Assembly: GCF_009914755.1 (NCBI RefSeq)
Contig: NC_060938.1
Direction: 5' to 3' (one strand)
Source of the DNA: the human T2T-CHM13v2.0 reference genome, Homo sapiens
DNA: 64,000 bases
The notes beneath the pieces are model-generated. The model ran no database searches and was not told the DNA's origin. It saw nothing but the letters and a program-made list of their open reading frames with translations. This document shows, one piece after another, positions 35,863-59,684 of this stretch (position 1 is its first letter; each line of letters begins with the position of its first letter). Both the position numbers and the translations under genes were made by a program.

Positions 35863-36818
35863 ATTATTTAAGCAGAAAGAAAATGATATCAGAGGGCAAT
35901 TAGATTCACACAAAAGAATGAAGAATGTCAGAAAATACCTGCTATAGTTTGAATGTTTGTGTCCCCTCGAAAATTCATGTTGAAACTTAATAGACTGCAG
36001 CAATGCAATCATGGCTTATAGCAGCCTTGACCTCCTGGGCCCAAGCAATCCACCTGCCTCGGTTTCTCAAGTAGCTGAGACTATAGGTGTGTGCCACTAT
36101 ACCCAGCTAATTTTTAAAATTTTTTGTGGAGATGGGAGTCTTGTTAGGTTGCCCAAACTCCTGGGCTCAAGTCATCCAAAATAAGCAAAGAGAAGAAAAT
36201 AATAAAGATGGCTGGGCTCGGTGGCTCATGCCTGTAATCCCGGCACTTTGGGAGGCCGAGGCAGGCAGATCACTTCAGGTCAGGAGTTCCAGACCAGCCT
36301 GGTCAACATGGCAAAACCCCATCTCTACTAAAAATACAAAAATTAGCTGGGTGTAGTGGCGCACGCCTGTAATCCCAGCTATTCGGGAGGCTGAGGCAGA
36401 ATTGCTTGAACCCTGGATTCTTGAACCTATCTCAGCCTCCCAACTAGCTGGGATTATAGGCGCCTGCCACCATGCCCAGCTAATTTTTGTATTTTTAGTA
36501 GAGACAGGGTTCTACCATGTTGGCCAGGCTGGTCTCGAACTCCTGACCAGCAGATGATCCACCCGCCTTGGCCTCCCAAAGTGCTGGGATTACAGCCATG
36601 AGCCACCACGCCCGGCCCAGTCTTTTCACTTCTATTGGCATAGATTAACTTGTGTAGAACATTAATCATGTTTAACAGATCACCATAAAAATCAAACAAT
36701 AAGGCCGGGCGTGAGGGCTCTGTAATCCCAGAACTTTGGGAGGCCTAGGCAGGCGAATCACCTGAGGTCAGGAGTTCGCAACCAGCAGGACCAACATGGA
36801 GAAACCCCATCTCTACTA

Positions 36819-37015
<197 letters not shown>

Positions 37016-37067
37016 TCACCAATCTCCAACTCACTTATATATTCATAATACCTATGGTAGTGTCTCT

Positions 37068-37460
37068 TACAGTGATGGCTTCATAGCACCCAAATAAAAG
37101 TTACCTGGGCCACTTAAAAATGTAGATTCCTAAACCCCACTCAGATCTACTGAATTATAATCTCTAGGGGTGGAGCGAGGAAAATCTCCTTGTTTAACAA
37201 GTACCACAGTGACTATTATGCACACCAAAATTTGTAAATACAACTGGAGCCTCTAAGTAATTGAAAAACACATTGGTATTCAACCCTGATTCTGCTTTAA
37301 CATCATCTGAAGGTTTTTGGGTTTTTAAAAAAATATTGATGTCCAGTCTCTGCTCCTGGAGAATCTGATTTATTAGGCCTGGTATCAGTATTCTGTTTTG
37401 CTTTTGCTTTTCCCCCAAAGGTTCCCAGATGATTCTAATGTGCAGCCAACAGTGGAAAGG
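37068..37460. mobile_element. Two adjacent MER5-family (hAT-Charlie) relics
   Basis: aaaatgtagattcc...ccccactcagatctactgaat and cccagatgattctaatgtgcagcca are MER5A/B-like. Confidence 0.6.
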
Positions 37461-37811
37461 CCTAGAACCAGAGAAATTAGAGATGAGCTGAAGAGCCTCA
37501 AAGAGTCTTTCCCTTGGCATGAAAAAACTGACCTCAAAATGAATCCCTTAAAGGGATATCAGGGACAAATTCTCCAGGATTCCTGCTAAAATGCATCCAA
37601 AAAGGATTCATTTATCATATTACTGTATTTACCTCTTACCTGGAAAAAACAGAAAACAGCCCTTAGGGAAAGGCTGTAGGATAAATACGTTTGGATAGAT
37701 TTGGGGGAGAGGCTGATTTACATATAGTAATTATGGCATTTTGGAACAGGAAGGAATTGCAGAGATTATTTTATCTACATGAAGGATGTCCAAACTACAC
37801 GCCACCTGTTA

Positions 37812-38015
<204 letters not shown>

Positions 38016-38168
38016 TCAGGAGGCTGAGGCACAAGAATCATTTGAATTTGGGAGACGGAGGTTGCAGTGAACCAAGACTGAACCAATCACTGCACTCCAG
38101 CCAGGGCCACAAAGCAGACTCTATTTCAAAAAGAAAAAAAAAGGTTTGTACATTATTTATTAATTTTA

Positions 38169-38464
38169 AGAGACAGGTCTCACCATGTTGCCCAGGCTGT
38201 AGTGCAGTGGCTATTCACAGGTGTGATCCCACTACTGAGCAACACTGGAATTTTCATCTGCTGTTTCCGACTTGGGCTGGTTCACCCCCGCTTAGGCAAC
38301 CTGGTGGTTTCCCGCTCCTGGGAGGTCGCCATATTGATGCTGAACTTAGGGCAGACAACCATTTGGCATCATGTGCTGCAGCCCAGAACTCCTGGGCTCA
38401 AGCAATCCTCCTGCCTCAGCCTCCCGAGTAGCTGGGACTATAGGAACATGCCACTGTGCCCAGT
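38169..38464 (-). pseudogene. Full-length 7SL (SRP) RNA retropseudogene
   Basis: Contains 7SL S-domain sequence absent from Alu (plus strand gctattcacagg...ttaggcaacctggtggt...ccatattgatgctgaacttag). A/T tail on the left. Imperfect TSD ggtttgtacatt / ggtttttacatt. Confidence 0.92.
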
Positions 38465-39441
38465 GGTTTTTACATTTTTAAATGGTGGGGGCCAGGTGCG
38501 GTGGCTCACGCCTGTAATCCCAGCACTTTAGGAGGCTGGGGCGGGCAGATCATATGAGGCCAAGAGTTCAAGACTAGCCTGGAATATGGCAAAACCCCAT
38601 CTCTACTAAAAATACAAAAATTAGCCAGGTGCGGTAGCACGTGGCTGTAATCCCGGCTACTCAGGAGGCTGAGTCAGGAGAATTGCTTGAACCCAGGAGG
38701 CAAAGGTTGCAGTGAACTGAGGCTGCGCTCTAGCCTGGGCAACACCTGGCCTGTGATGGAGCTTGTAAATTAGATTGTCAGGTTTGCATTTTATACTGAG
38801 GGCAATAGGCAGGCGTGTAAGGGTTTGTAGAGGAGAGAGAAAATAAGGAATAATGCCCAGGATAACATCTCAGCAATTGGATATGATAAAGAACTTACTG
38901 GGATGGGAAACAGGAGAAGAAACAGGGGAAGCTGGTGAAAATGGTGGCATAAGGAACACCTGGTCTGTCCCTCCACAAGGACCATGGATAAACTGACAGA
39001 AACTCACAGAATGATCATTCTCAGAACTCTGGCTACTCATCGGAACCTTGCCACAACTGAGGAAATGCTTAGTTAAAAAAAAACAACTGAATCTTCATAG
39101 AAGAGCTTTGTGACATTGTACCTTATGCTGAACCTTCCCCTGTTCCTCAGCACAAAAGAGACCTTGAAGATGCACCGTGTTCACAGTAAGAGTGCCCAGT
39201 ACCAGAGGGAGCAGAACAGACATTATACTCAAAGAATTTCAGTTGTTTGTTTTGATCTCTCTGGTGGGATCACTTGAGCCTAGGAGTTCTAGACCAGCCT
39301 TGGCAACATAGACAGACTCCGTCTCAAAACAAAATAACACAAACAAAAAAAAAAGAGGCCAGGTGCGGTGGCTCACGCCTGTAATCCCAGCACTTTGGGA
39401 GGCCAGGCAGTGGAACACTTGAGGTCAGGAGTTCCAGATCA

Positions 39442-39702
<261 letters not shown>

Positions 39703-39741
39703 TTAATCCCAGCACTTTGGGAGGCTGAGGCTTGTGAATCA

Positions 39742-40800
<1,059 letters not shown>

Positions 40801-40976
40801 TCACTTGAACCTCAGAGTAGGAAGTTGCAGTAAACCGAGATTGCACCACTGCATTCCAGCCTGGCCGACAGAGGGAGACTCCATCTCAAAAATGAAAATA
40901 AAAATAACAATCAGGCAGGGCGCAGTGGCTCACACCTGTATCCCCAACACTTTGGGAGGCTGAGGCGGGTGGATCA

Positions 40977-41246
<270 letters not shown>

Positions 41247-41352
41247 TCACGCCTGTAAACCCAGCACTTTCAGAGCCCGAGGTGAGCAGATCACTTGAGG
41301 TCAAGAGTTCGAGACCAGCCTGGCCAACATGGTGAAACCTCATCTCTACTCA

Positions 41353-45360
<4,008 letters not shown>

Positions 45361-45364
45361 TTGT

Positions 45365-46597
<1,233 letters not shown>

Positions 46598-46821
46598 CTA
46601 TGACACAACCATATTAGGAATACAATGTAGGAGTTTTAAAAATAATATCAGTTTTTAAAATGAAGTAGAGTTCTATATACTGACAAAATTTTTAAAAAGC
46701 AGGCCAGGCATGGTGGCTCATGCCTGTAATCCCAGCACTTTGGGAGATTGGAGCAGGCAGATCACTTGAGGTCAGGGATTTGAGACCAGCCTGGCGAGCA
46801 TAGTGAAAACCATATTTCTAC

Positions 46822-46852
<31 letters not shown>

Positions 46853-47643
46853 TACAAAAATTAGCTGGGCATGGTGGCATGTGCCTGTAATCCCAGGAAC
46901 TTGGGAGGCTGAGGTAGGAGAATAACTTGAACCTGGGAGGCAGAGGTTGCAGTGAGCTGAGTGGCTCACTGCACTCCAGCCTGGGGGATAGAGCAAGACT
47001 CCCTCTCAAAAAAAAAAAAAAAAAAAAAAAAGCAAAGGCTAGGTGCAGTGGCTCACACCAGTACGCCAGTAATCCTCAGTAATCCTAGGACTTTGAGAGG
47101 CTGAGGTGTGTGGATCGCTTGAGCCCAAGAGTTTGAGACCAGCCTGAACAACATAGGGAGACACTGTCTCTATAAAAACTAGAAAAAACTAGCTGGGTGT
47201 GGTGGCACGTGCCTGTAGTCCCAGCTGTTTTGGAAGCTGAGGAAGGAGGATCTCTGGAGTTCAGGAGGTCGAGGTTGCAGTAAGCTGTGATTACACCACT
47301 GCATTCCAGCCTGGATGACAAAGTGAGACCCTGTCTCAAAAAAAATAAAAATAAAAATAAAAATACTCCACCCCAACCCAGGGGCCATGGATGATGTACA
47401 GGCGACAGAGCTACACACTCCTTTCCTTTTGGAAGCAAGAAGAAAATACGTGAAAACGGAAATTAAAGATTCAAAATTAAAAAAAGAAAAAAAGAAAGGC
47501 CAGGCACAGTGGCTTATGTCTGTTATCCCAGCATTTTGGGAGGCTGAGATGGTGGGTGGATCACTTGGGGTCAGGAGTTTGAGACCAGCAACCAGCCTGG
47601 CCAACAAGGTGAAACCCTGTCTCTACCTAAAATACAAAAATTA

Positions 47644-47889
<246 letters not shown>

Positions 47890-47936
47890 TTATGAAGATA
47901 ATAATAAAATCAGTCAATCCATCACTAAGCTTATGA

Positions 47937-48268
<332 letters not shown>

Positions 48269-48290
48269 TAGGCTAGTTTCGAACTCCTGA

Positions 48291-48944
<654 letters not shown>

Positions 48945-49024
48945 TGATCCGCCCGCCTCGGCCTCCCAAAGTGCTGGGATTACAGGCGTGAGCCACTGTG
49001 CCTGGTCTTTTTTGCCAATATTAA

Positions 49025-49365
<341 letters not shown>

Positions 49366-49530
49366 TGATCCACCCGCCTTGGCCTCCCAAAGTGCTAGGA
49401 TTACAGGCGTGACCCACCGCGCCCGGCCAACATTTTTTTTTGATGGTGACTTTCAATATATCAAAAGTTCTTAATATAGTTGGATTTGTCAATCTTTTCT
49501 GTTTAGGTTATGCTTATAGTATCTTCCTTA

Positions 49531-49911
<381 letters not shown>

Positions 49912-50409
49912 TTATCATTGATAATTAATATGTTCATTTCAACAATTGCTAAAAAAGAATTCCATAAAATTCAACATCTATTGATGACTAATTTATTTAT
50001 TTATTTACTTATTTCTTCTACAGAGTGGGACAGGGTCTCACTCTGTCACCCAGGGTGAAGTACAATGGTGTGATCATGGTTCATGCAGCCTTGACCTGTG
50101 CCCCACCATGCCTGGCTAATTACAAAAAAAATTTTTTTAGAAACAGAGTCTCCCTATGTTGCCCAGACTGGTCTCAAACTCCAAGACTCAAGTGATCCTC
50201 CTGTCTTGGCCTCGCAATGCACTGGGATTATAGGCGTTAGCCACTGTCCTCAGCCTAAGAAAAATCCCTTTAAAGATTTCCTATGTAGTCTTTTTATATT
50301 CCATATCTAATATTTCAATATCTGAATTGGGAATTTAAGTCTGTTGGTTTTGTGTGTGCACATGTGTGTATGTGTGTGTGATGCTGCATTTATGGTGGCT
50401 CATTCCTAA

Positions 50410-50538
<129 letters not shown>

Positions 50539-51006
50539 TGAGTAGCTGGGACCACAGGCATGTGCCACCACGCACGGCTAATTTTTGTACTTTAGTGGAG
50601 ATGGGGTTTCACCATGTGGGCCAGGCTGGTCTTGAACTCCTGAGCTCAAAGCAATCCACCTCCTCGGCCTCCCAAAGTGCTGGGATTAGAGGTGTGAGCC
50701 GCCATGCCTGGCCCTTGGCCTTTTTTTTTTTTTTTTTTAAGACAGAGTTTCACTCTTGTTACCCAGGCTGGAGTGCAATGCTGTGATCTTGGCTCACCAC
50801 ACCCTCCACCTTCCAGGTTCAAGCGATTCTCCTGCCTCAACCTCCTGAGTAGCTGGGATTATAGGCATGCACCACCATGCTTGGCTAATTTTTTGTATTT
50901 TTAGTAGAGACGGGATTTCTCCATGTTGGTCAGGCTGGACTCAAACTCCTGACCTCTGGTGATCCGCTTGCCTCAGCCTCCAAAAGTGCTGGAATTACAG
51001 GTGTGA

Positions 51007-51463
<457 letters not shown>

Positions 51464-51565
51464 TGACTTAACTTGGTAAACTTCAGTTACTCCACCTTGC
51501 TGGGTAGTCCAGCCTTGATCTCTAGATTCTGTGTTAATGTGCTTCCTCTCTCTATCTTCTTCTCT

Positions 51566-51709
51566 CTATATACACATATATATTATATATATTCACATAT
51601 ATTATATATATAATGGCATTATATGTATTATATTTATATATTTTATGCCATTATATACTATATAATGGCATTGTATATATATATATATTTATGTATGTAT
51701 ATGTATTTA

Positions 51710-51751
<42 letters not shown>

Positions 51752-51792
51752 GATGGCCATGCATACACACGCAAACACACACACACACACAA
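51566..51792. repeat. TA-rich low-complexity / (TA)n-(CA)n tract
   Basis: Direct inspection; tatataatggcatt occurs twice. Confidence 0.85.
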
Positions 51793-52073
51793 GCAATCCT
51801 CTCTCCTCATGATTGAGACTACAGGTGTGTGCTACTGTGCTGGGCTCCAGTTTCAATTTTTGAGAAGATCTGCTCAGTTCCAGCTAAACAACATTTTTCC
51901 TGGTATGCTGCTGTTTAGTTGGGTCAGATGTGGCCAATGAGAATAGGGTCCAGGCCAGGTGTGGTGGCTCATGCCTGTAATCCCAGCATTTTGGGAGGCT
52001 GTGGCAGGTGGATCACCTGAGGTCGGGAGTTGGAGACCGGCCTGGCTAACATGGAGAAACCCCACCTCTACTA

Positions 52074-52232
<159 letters not shown>

Positions 52233-52543
52233 TCAAAAAAAAAAAAAAAGAAAAAAAAAAGAATGGTGTCCAAATGCACACAGAATGTAATATCCAAATT
52301 AATTATCTACAGTTTCCTTAGCAAGGATTTGTAAGAAAAAAATAGAAGGAGGATAACTGGCATCGCAAATGAATGGCTTGGCTTGTTCTCTACAAGTGGT
52401 ATATAAGTGTATCATTTAGAGTTCTTTCTGTGTAAGGAATAGAAAACTCAACTCAAACTGATTTCGGAAAAGTAATGTATTGGGTTACATACTGATAAGC
52501 CTAGAACAGCTGGCTTTAGGAGTAGCTGAGCCAGCCGGGCTCA

Positions 52544-52660
<117 letters not shown>

Positions 52661-53157
52661 CTATCTCAAATAACAACAGCAATAACAAACCAAAAAACAA
52701 ACAAAATGAATGAATGAACCATTTTCTCAACTGATATTGTCAAAAATCTCTCACCCTGTCTTACTTCTGCTTTCTTCTGTGATTTCATTCTCATCCCCAT
52801 CTATTCTAAGCTTAAATCCTCCTAAGCTTAAATTGAAAAAAAAAAATCAATTTAAATGAAAAATATAGAGACCCCTCCCCTTCTTTTTAGGATTATTCCT
52901 GAAAGGATGAAGCAGTATAATGTTCCAGAGCACGAACTCAGGAACCAGACTGGCTCACTTACTATTTTTGTAGCCTTTGATAGGTTAATTTTTGCAAGCC
53001 TTGGTTTCTTCATTTGTATCACAATAGTTCTTACTTCAGGGGGTTGTTATGAGGATTAAAGGAGTTGATATTTGCAAAATGCTTTAAACAGTGGCTAGTA
53101 CCAAAAAAAAAAAAAAAAAAAAAGGGAGGGGTGACTAAATTATCAGGTTTTGATTAG

Positions 53158-53433
<276 letters not shown>

Positions 53434-53494
53434 TAGTAGAGACAGGGTTTCGCCATGTTGGCCAGGCTGGTCTCGAACTCCTGACCTCAGGTGA

Positions 53495-53776
<282 letters not shown>

Positions 53777-54609
53777 TGATCTGCCTGCCTCGGCCTCCCA
53801 AAGTGCTGGGATTACAGGCGTGAGCCACCGCACCCGGCCAAGATGGTTTCTTTTAAAAAATGTGGAGGGTTCATTACTAAAGGCAAGGGGAATGGATGCT
53901 GCATGAACATCAGCAACAAATTGTCTAAGGTAGGAAAGTTAGCAAATTGTTGCCTGAGGGCTCCCTTTATTACACAGTAAACACAAATTCATGTACAATG
54001 TTTTTAATAATAAAAAGGGACACAGATTAATCTGAGATTTCTGTTTATGCCTTTTGTTGTAAATAGGCACAAACTCTTGGGCGGCCATGGTGGCTCACAG
54101 CTTTGATCCCAGCACTTTGGGAGGTCCAGGTGGGCGGATTACCTGAGGTCAGGAGTTGGAGATCAACCTGGCCAACATGGTGAAACCCCATCTCTACTAA
54201 AAATACAAAAGTTAGCCAGGTATGGTGACCCACGCCTATAATCCCAGCTACTGGGGAGGCTGAGGCACAAGAATCGCTTGAACTGGGAGGCAGAGATTGC
54301 AGTGAGCCAAGATCACGTCACTGCACTCTAGCCTGGGAAACAGAGACACCTCCTCAAAAAACAAAAACAAAACAAAACAAAAAAAGAAACTCATTTTATT
54401 TACAAACAATAAATAGCATTATAGAGTAGCACTATAAAAACTATAAATTTGAATAGCACTTTACTGAACAAAGTACAAACATACATAAGTTAATTTCGTC
54501 TCCCAAGTAACTGGGACTACAAGCACTCGTCATCACGCACGGCCAAAGGTATTATTAACTTTAGTTAATGGTAAGGAAACCTAGCAAGCAGAAGTATAGA
54601 AGGATGTAA

Positions 54610-54950
<341 letters not shown>

Positions 54951-55719
54951 TGATCCACCCGCCTCGGCCTCCCAAAGTGCTGGGGTTACAGGCGTGAGCC
55001 ACCGCGCCCGGCCGGTAATCATTTCTGTCACTCAACAAATATTTATTGAGCGCTTGCTATGTACCAGGACCTGTTCTTGCACAAAACAGGCAATCCATGC
55101 ATTGCTTACATTCACATTCTAGTGGGGGTAGTGACGGACCATAAAATCAGCAAGAAAAATGTATGTTATGATAGATGGTTATGAGTGCTTTAGAGTAAAA
55201 TTAAGTAGGGGAGGCAGGCAGGAAGTGTGTAGTATGTTTCAATTTTATATTAGGCTGGTCATGGTTTGTCATCTATTTCACCTGGCTCACAGTTCTTGCA
55301 GGACAGGAACAAATCTCACTTCCATTTGCCTTCATACTTCCAGCACTTAACACAGCACCAGGAACTCAGGGAGGCAATAACTTTATACTGAATCCGTTTT
55401 ATGCCTTCCTAGAGGCAAGCAGTTGAGAAAGGCGTGTAACTAGATATTGCCTATAAGGTCCACAATTGGAATAACGTAATCATTTATGATTAATTTTATT
55501 CATTTCCATTAACTTAAGCTAAGTTCTTTTAGCACGTTTAGATTACAGAACGAAAGCTGTGTTAACTAGTATTACAGGACTTTTCACGTTTTTCCAAACA
55601 TCTTCTAGCCACCTCTTTGGCCCTACAACTACGCATAAGCTTTTGCTTTTCAAAAAACCTCCACAGCCTTTGCCAATTATTTGTTGATCTCGAGTAGTTG
55701 TTATAACAGCACTTGGGGT

Positions 55720-56720
55720 TTAACACTAAGGTTGCAGATCGCGCCCAGTTATCAGTTCCTCGAACCTCAAGGAATCACAAAGCAAGGTTCCACCCCCCGA
55801 AAAACTACGAAAAGTGAGAAAGCCTCTAACACTCCTCGCGCCGTGCCCAGCCGGAACCTTGACCTCAAGATGGCGTCCCGTAGTCGTAAGATTCAGTCGG
55901 CTCCAATCAAACATGGTGGGTCATAATTTACAGTTCGGGCCTTTCTAGTAACCGCTAGACGCTGCTTCTCTATGGTTATTCGTCTCGGCTTGGTGAGTCA
56001 GAGCCAACAGCGGAGACGATCTATATACGTTCTTCTCTATGGTTCCGCGCTCCCCGCCCCCGGCCGCAGTGCACGCCGGGCAAGAGGAAGACCTCCATCA
56101 GCTCGCCGCGCTGCGCGGCTGTATTTGCGGCCTGTGCGAGTAGGCGCTTGGGCACTCAGTCTCCCTGGCGAGCGACGGGCAGAAATCTCGAACCAGTGGA
56201 GCGCACTCGTAACCTGGATCCCAGAAGGTCGCGAAGGCAGTACCGTTTCCTCAGCGGCGGGTGAGTTTGTGTCTCTGAACGCGTGTGGAAACCGGGAGAC
56301 CGGGTGCCTCAGCTGGTGGAGGAGGAAAAGCCGGGGTGGCTGCGAAAGCGCCAGGGTGGGGTAGAGGTAAGGGGGAGCGCGGAGGCGGGGGTGGGGGAGG
56401 GGTCGGCACGAGGCTTGGTTTCTTCTCTTCTCTAAGGCCTGGAAAAGCTGTGGGCCCAGCCGTAGCTGGTGGAGGCCAGACCTACGGCTTGAGCTTTCCG
56501 TCTTGCATTGTCGCCCACTTTCCCTTTCCCTTCCACGTTCCGCCGCGGAGTGAATCGTCTCTGCCCCCCCTGGGCTCCACGTTAGATACAAAACGATCGA
56601 TCTGCCCCAGGGGAGCCCTTCCCTGAGCCCCCTTACTTACCGGAGCCCCACAGTAGGTTTTCGGGCCTGGGACACTCTCGCCCCAGCCGTTGCCTTGAAG
56701 TTAGCCTCTACCCACCCTTT
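55720..56720 (+). promoter_or_regulatory. RBM25: CpG island promoter of the plus-strand gene (probably RBM25)
   Basis: CpG-rich and Alu-free. ETS CCGGAA 55851-55856, YY1 CAAGATGGCG 55866-55875, CCAAT 55903-55907, AP-1 TGAGTCA 55994-56000, GC box 56052-56059. Gene identity comes from recalled synteny with ZFYVE1, not from coding sequence. Confidence 0.8.
56090..56260 (+). other. RBM25: Non-coding exon 1 of the plus-strand gene (probably RBM25); TSS approximate; intron 1 runs to the window end
   Basis: Strong donor CGG|GTGAGT at 56260/56261 at the 3' side of the CpG island. No ATG in 56090-56260. G-rich intron start. Confidence 0.72.
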
Positions 56721-58598
56721 TTAGCGAGGTGCTGGCCACCAACGGATATCTTTCCCTTCCTCTTTGGCCATCTAGAGCCCGCCACCAAGTGAACTGGGCC
56801 CCACCCCCTTGGAATTGAGCTAATACCTACCTTTTTAGCAGTCTCCTGGCTTGCTTAAGATAGTCATGAATTTTGCCATCCTGCCTCTTTTGCGCATTGG
56901 AGGGTGCAGTAAACTGTATATCGCCATTCATTCTAGGCGATTACTAAGCTCCACATTAAAATGTTACTTTCTCATTTTTCTTTGGTCGTCAATCCTGCTT
57001 TTAAATACGGTTTTCCGGAATAGACGTAGGACTATGAAGATTTTTCGGAGGTTATGTAATATGGATTTGTATTGCCATGGAAATGCCATTTTGATACTGG
57101 GCAGAGTGGAGCCAAGAGAAGGGAAGAGATTGGACCTCTGTTGCACCCTACTGCTGTATTAGTGTGAAGTACTCTGTGTATTAGGCCGTGGGCAGTAATG
57201 TATAAATAATTTTTGTATAGTCTTTGGAGCTTTTAATTTTTTTAAAGGCTATTTCCAAAAACATTCAGAGGACTTGAAAGGGATTAAGTTGGTCATAAGT
57301 TACTCATGATTCAAGTGAATCTTATAGTATTCTAATTCATTTAACTTAAAGCCTTGGTTTTTCTTTTTCTTTTTTCTTTTAAGCTTTGGTTTTTGTTCCT
57401 CTGTAAAATGAATTTATAGTAGTATCTATACGTTATTGGGGTTGGGGATTGAGAAAAACGTATGTAAAATCCTTCGTGCAGTATCCAGGTAACACACATA
57501 AGCATTTAAATCTATATTGACATAATTTGTTATTTAAGGATTTTCAATGAAATGTAAGAGTCCAACCCTGACTCTGTAATTTTTTTTTTTGTTTTGTGTT
57601 GTTGTTTTTTTTAAGACGGAGTCTTGCTGTGTTGCCCAGGCTGGAGTGCGGTGGCGCGATCTTGGCCACTGCAACCTCCGCCTCCCAGGTTCAAGCGATT
57701 CGCCTGCCTCAGCCTCCTGAGTAGCTGGGACTACAGGCGCGCGCCACCACGCCCGGCTAATTTTTGTAGTTTTAATAGAGGCGAGGTTTCACTATGTTGG
57801 CCAGAATGGTCTCGATTTCCTGACCTCGTGATCCGCCCGCCTAGGCCCCAAAGCGCTGGGATTACAGGCGTGAGCCACCGTGCCCGGCCTTCTGAATGTA
57901 TTTTTAAAGTAAAACTAGTCCATGTTAACATTGGGTAACTACTTCAGACCTAACAGGAATTTGGAATTTTCAAGTTATGTTTTTGTCCACAGACAAATTA
58001 GCAGTTTACTTTTCTTATTTACACATGATTTAGTGAAAATTTACATTATTTTATAGCTTTGGAAGCAAAGGAATCATTTATCAATCTTAACATCTTGCTG
58101 AAACAGTCTGTATTTTAGAGATCTCTTGATTGACTTTTCAAACACTATCACTGCCATTCACAAAAGGGGATTTTTGATTCTTCTTAAATAGCTTTTCTAC
58201 CTTTTTTTGAAAATTGAAAGTTGCTGAAACTAGAAGAACAAAATTCCACTACCCAGAATTATTGGTATTGGCTTTTAACTTTTTATTTAGACATAATTTC
58301 AGATTTACAAAAAAAGTTGCAAGAATAGTACAAAAGAAATCTCAGCTATCTTTCACCAGATTCCTCAAATGTTAACATTTTGCCAATTTGCTTTATCCTT
58401 CTCTTCATAGGTTTCTTCTGAAATGTTTTGCTAGTAAGTTGCAGATGTGATGCCCCTTAACCCATAAATACTTAAGTGTATTTTCTAAAAATTAGGACTA
58501 GTCTTACCTAACAACAGTACGACAATCAAAATCAGGAAACTAACACTGATAAAATACCTAATCTACAGTTCTTAAATAGATTTTGCCGATTTTTCTGA

Positions 58599-58850
<252 letters not shown>

Positions 58851-59437
58851 TGATCCACCCGCCTTGGCCTCCCAAAGTGTTGGGATTGCGTGAGCCACCG
58901 CACTTGGCCAATATGCCTTTTTTAAAATGGCAGCTATATGAACTATATTGACATAGAAAATTCACCTGTAAGTGCACAATTCAATGATTTTTGGTAAATA
59001 TACAAAGTTATGCATCCATTACCCCAAAAGGATTCCTTCTGTCTGTTTGCAAGTCACCCTGTTCCACCCCAGTTTCAGGCAAGCCCTCATTTTTCTGTAT
59101 AGATAGTAGTAGATAGCGCTGCTTTTTTGTTTTATTTGGTTTTTGAGATGGGGTCTCTTTCACCCAGGTGGAGGGCAGTGCTGCGATCTTGGCTCACTGC
59201 AACTTCCGCATTTCAGGCTTAAGCAATCCTCCCACCCCAGCCTCCCAAGTAGCTGGGACCACAGGTGCACGCCACCATGCCTGGCTATTTTTTTGTATTT
59301 TTGGTAGAGATGGGGTTTCACCATGTTGCCCAGGCGGGTCTGGAACTCAGGCTCAAAGGATCCACCTGCCTCGTCCTCCCAAAGTGCTGGGATTACAGGT
59401 ATGAGCCACTGTGCCCAGCCTTGTTTTTGTTTTTAAA

Positions 59438-59684
59438 AAGATGAATTCTTCCTGTGTTGCTCAGGCTGGAGTGCAGTGGCTATTCACAGGCGTAATCCCA
59501 CTATTGATCAGTTTGGGAGTTTTGCCCTTCTCTGTTGGCAACCTGGTGGTTCTCTCTCATCCCAGGAGGTCACCATATTAATGCTGAATGGACTTAGCAT
59601 GAACACCTGATCAGTAGCGTGCTGCAGCCCAGAACTCCAGGGCTCAAGTGATCCTCCTGCGTAGCTGTGACTATAGGCAGGCAC
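59438..59684 (-). pseudogene. Degenerate 7SL RNA retropseudogene with internal deletions
   Basis: gctattcacaggcgtaatcccactattgatcag...ggcaacctggtgg...ggaggtcaccatattaatgctgaa matches the 7SL reverse complement. About 29 nt of the S domain and part of the 5' Alu domain are missing. Confidence 0.85.

Noticed and set aside
55980-56019. Small hairpin tcgtctc...gagacga around the AP-1 site
   Set aside because: A 7-bp stem is expected by chance in GC-rich DNA, and there are no ncRNA hallmarks.
55972-56626. 113-184 aa ORFs over the second CpG island (likewise 24015-24784)
   Set aside because: Stop-poor GC-rich sequence. The ORFs cross TSS and splice boundaries and resemble no protein family I recognise.
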